A DNA stretch of 62,064 bases, filler included, from Dimargaris cristalligena (lineage: Eukaryota): NCBI GenBank assembly GCA_003614675.1. It is 18 parts of 18 records of this genome, joined end to end, with 100 filler letters (N's around TTAATTAATTAA, not from the genome) between each part and the next. Parts side by side here need not be neighbours in the genome. Positions count along the whole stretch, not along the records: positions 58,738 to 62,064 come from ML003982.1; 17 more parts are not named here. One strand, given 5' to 3'. Of this stretch, positions 61,675 to 62,064 are shown in pieces. Within the stretch, counting starts at the first letter, position 1. Each line of letters begins with the position of its first letter. A program made the position numbers and the translations under genes. The notes beneath the pieces are model-generated. The model worked only from the letters and a program-made list of their open reading frames with translations. It was not told the origin of the DNA and made no database searches.

Positions 61675-62064
61675 TGTGGTGAACTTACCACATTTTTTAC
61701 TTACTTTGATTTTTAATCCATTTTTCACACTTATTGGAAGTACACCCCTGATGAGTGAATGAGCCCCTGTCCCTGCCCCTGATGAGTATAGTCATTTTTC
61801 CTACATTTTCATTAGTATAGTATTTTTTCTATTAGTATATTATATACCCTTGACTATGATGCACCCCTGCATTCATACTACCCCTGGCCTGACTGTGCCC
61901 CTGTTTAAAGTACAGTTAAAAATAGCTTTCCCCCTTTCCCTTTTTCCCTTCTATTATTTCATATTAAATTTATTGGTTACCCAAGTATTACCTACCCTTT
62001 GTGATGACAAATACTATTATCTGGGAACTCCCCTCCCTTTCCCTCTGCTTAGTCATCCAATATT
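61675..62064 (+). repeat. LTR family C, 5' portion (right boundary uncertain)
   Basis: TGTGGTGAACTTACCACATTTTT... matches the reverse complements at 3550 and 31319. Confidence 0.65.

Overview
This window is not one locus. It is 18 unrelated ~3.33-3.38 kb contigs sorted by decreasing length and joined by an artificial 100-nt linker (N44-TTAATTAATTAA-N44), so nothing can be inferred across the linkers. The content is eukaryotic and fungal (GT-AG introns). An intronless bacterial-style NRPS, a PA-domain subtilisin and orphan secreted proteins suggest an early-diverging fungus, possibly Zoopagomycota/Dimargaris-like (inference only). Host genes: NRPS fragment (C-A-T-E), RPL17, S8 subtilisin, SSF1/PPAN 5' end, an F-box/TPR/EF-hand gene, a PDK/BCKDK-type kinase, a 6-exon SWI5, TXNDC17/TRP14, a decayed queuine TGT (QTRT1) copy and several secreted orphans. 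Repeats: several Ty3/Gypsy families (one intact pol), a Copia relic, at least four LTR families, a ~142-bp MITE (7 or more copies) and a long-TIR Mutator-like relic. The most notable signals are (1) a Swi5 with an apparent Hop2/Mnd1-like N-terminal winged helix, (2) a chromovirus with an 11-nt Tf1-type self-priming match and a GGGAAAC+hairpin frameshift site, (3) CpG decay with a sharp boundary inside the TGT copy, and (4) a solo LTR inserted between the TATA box and start codon of one of two inverted secreted-peptide paralogues. All alignments and translations were made by eye.
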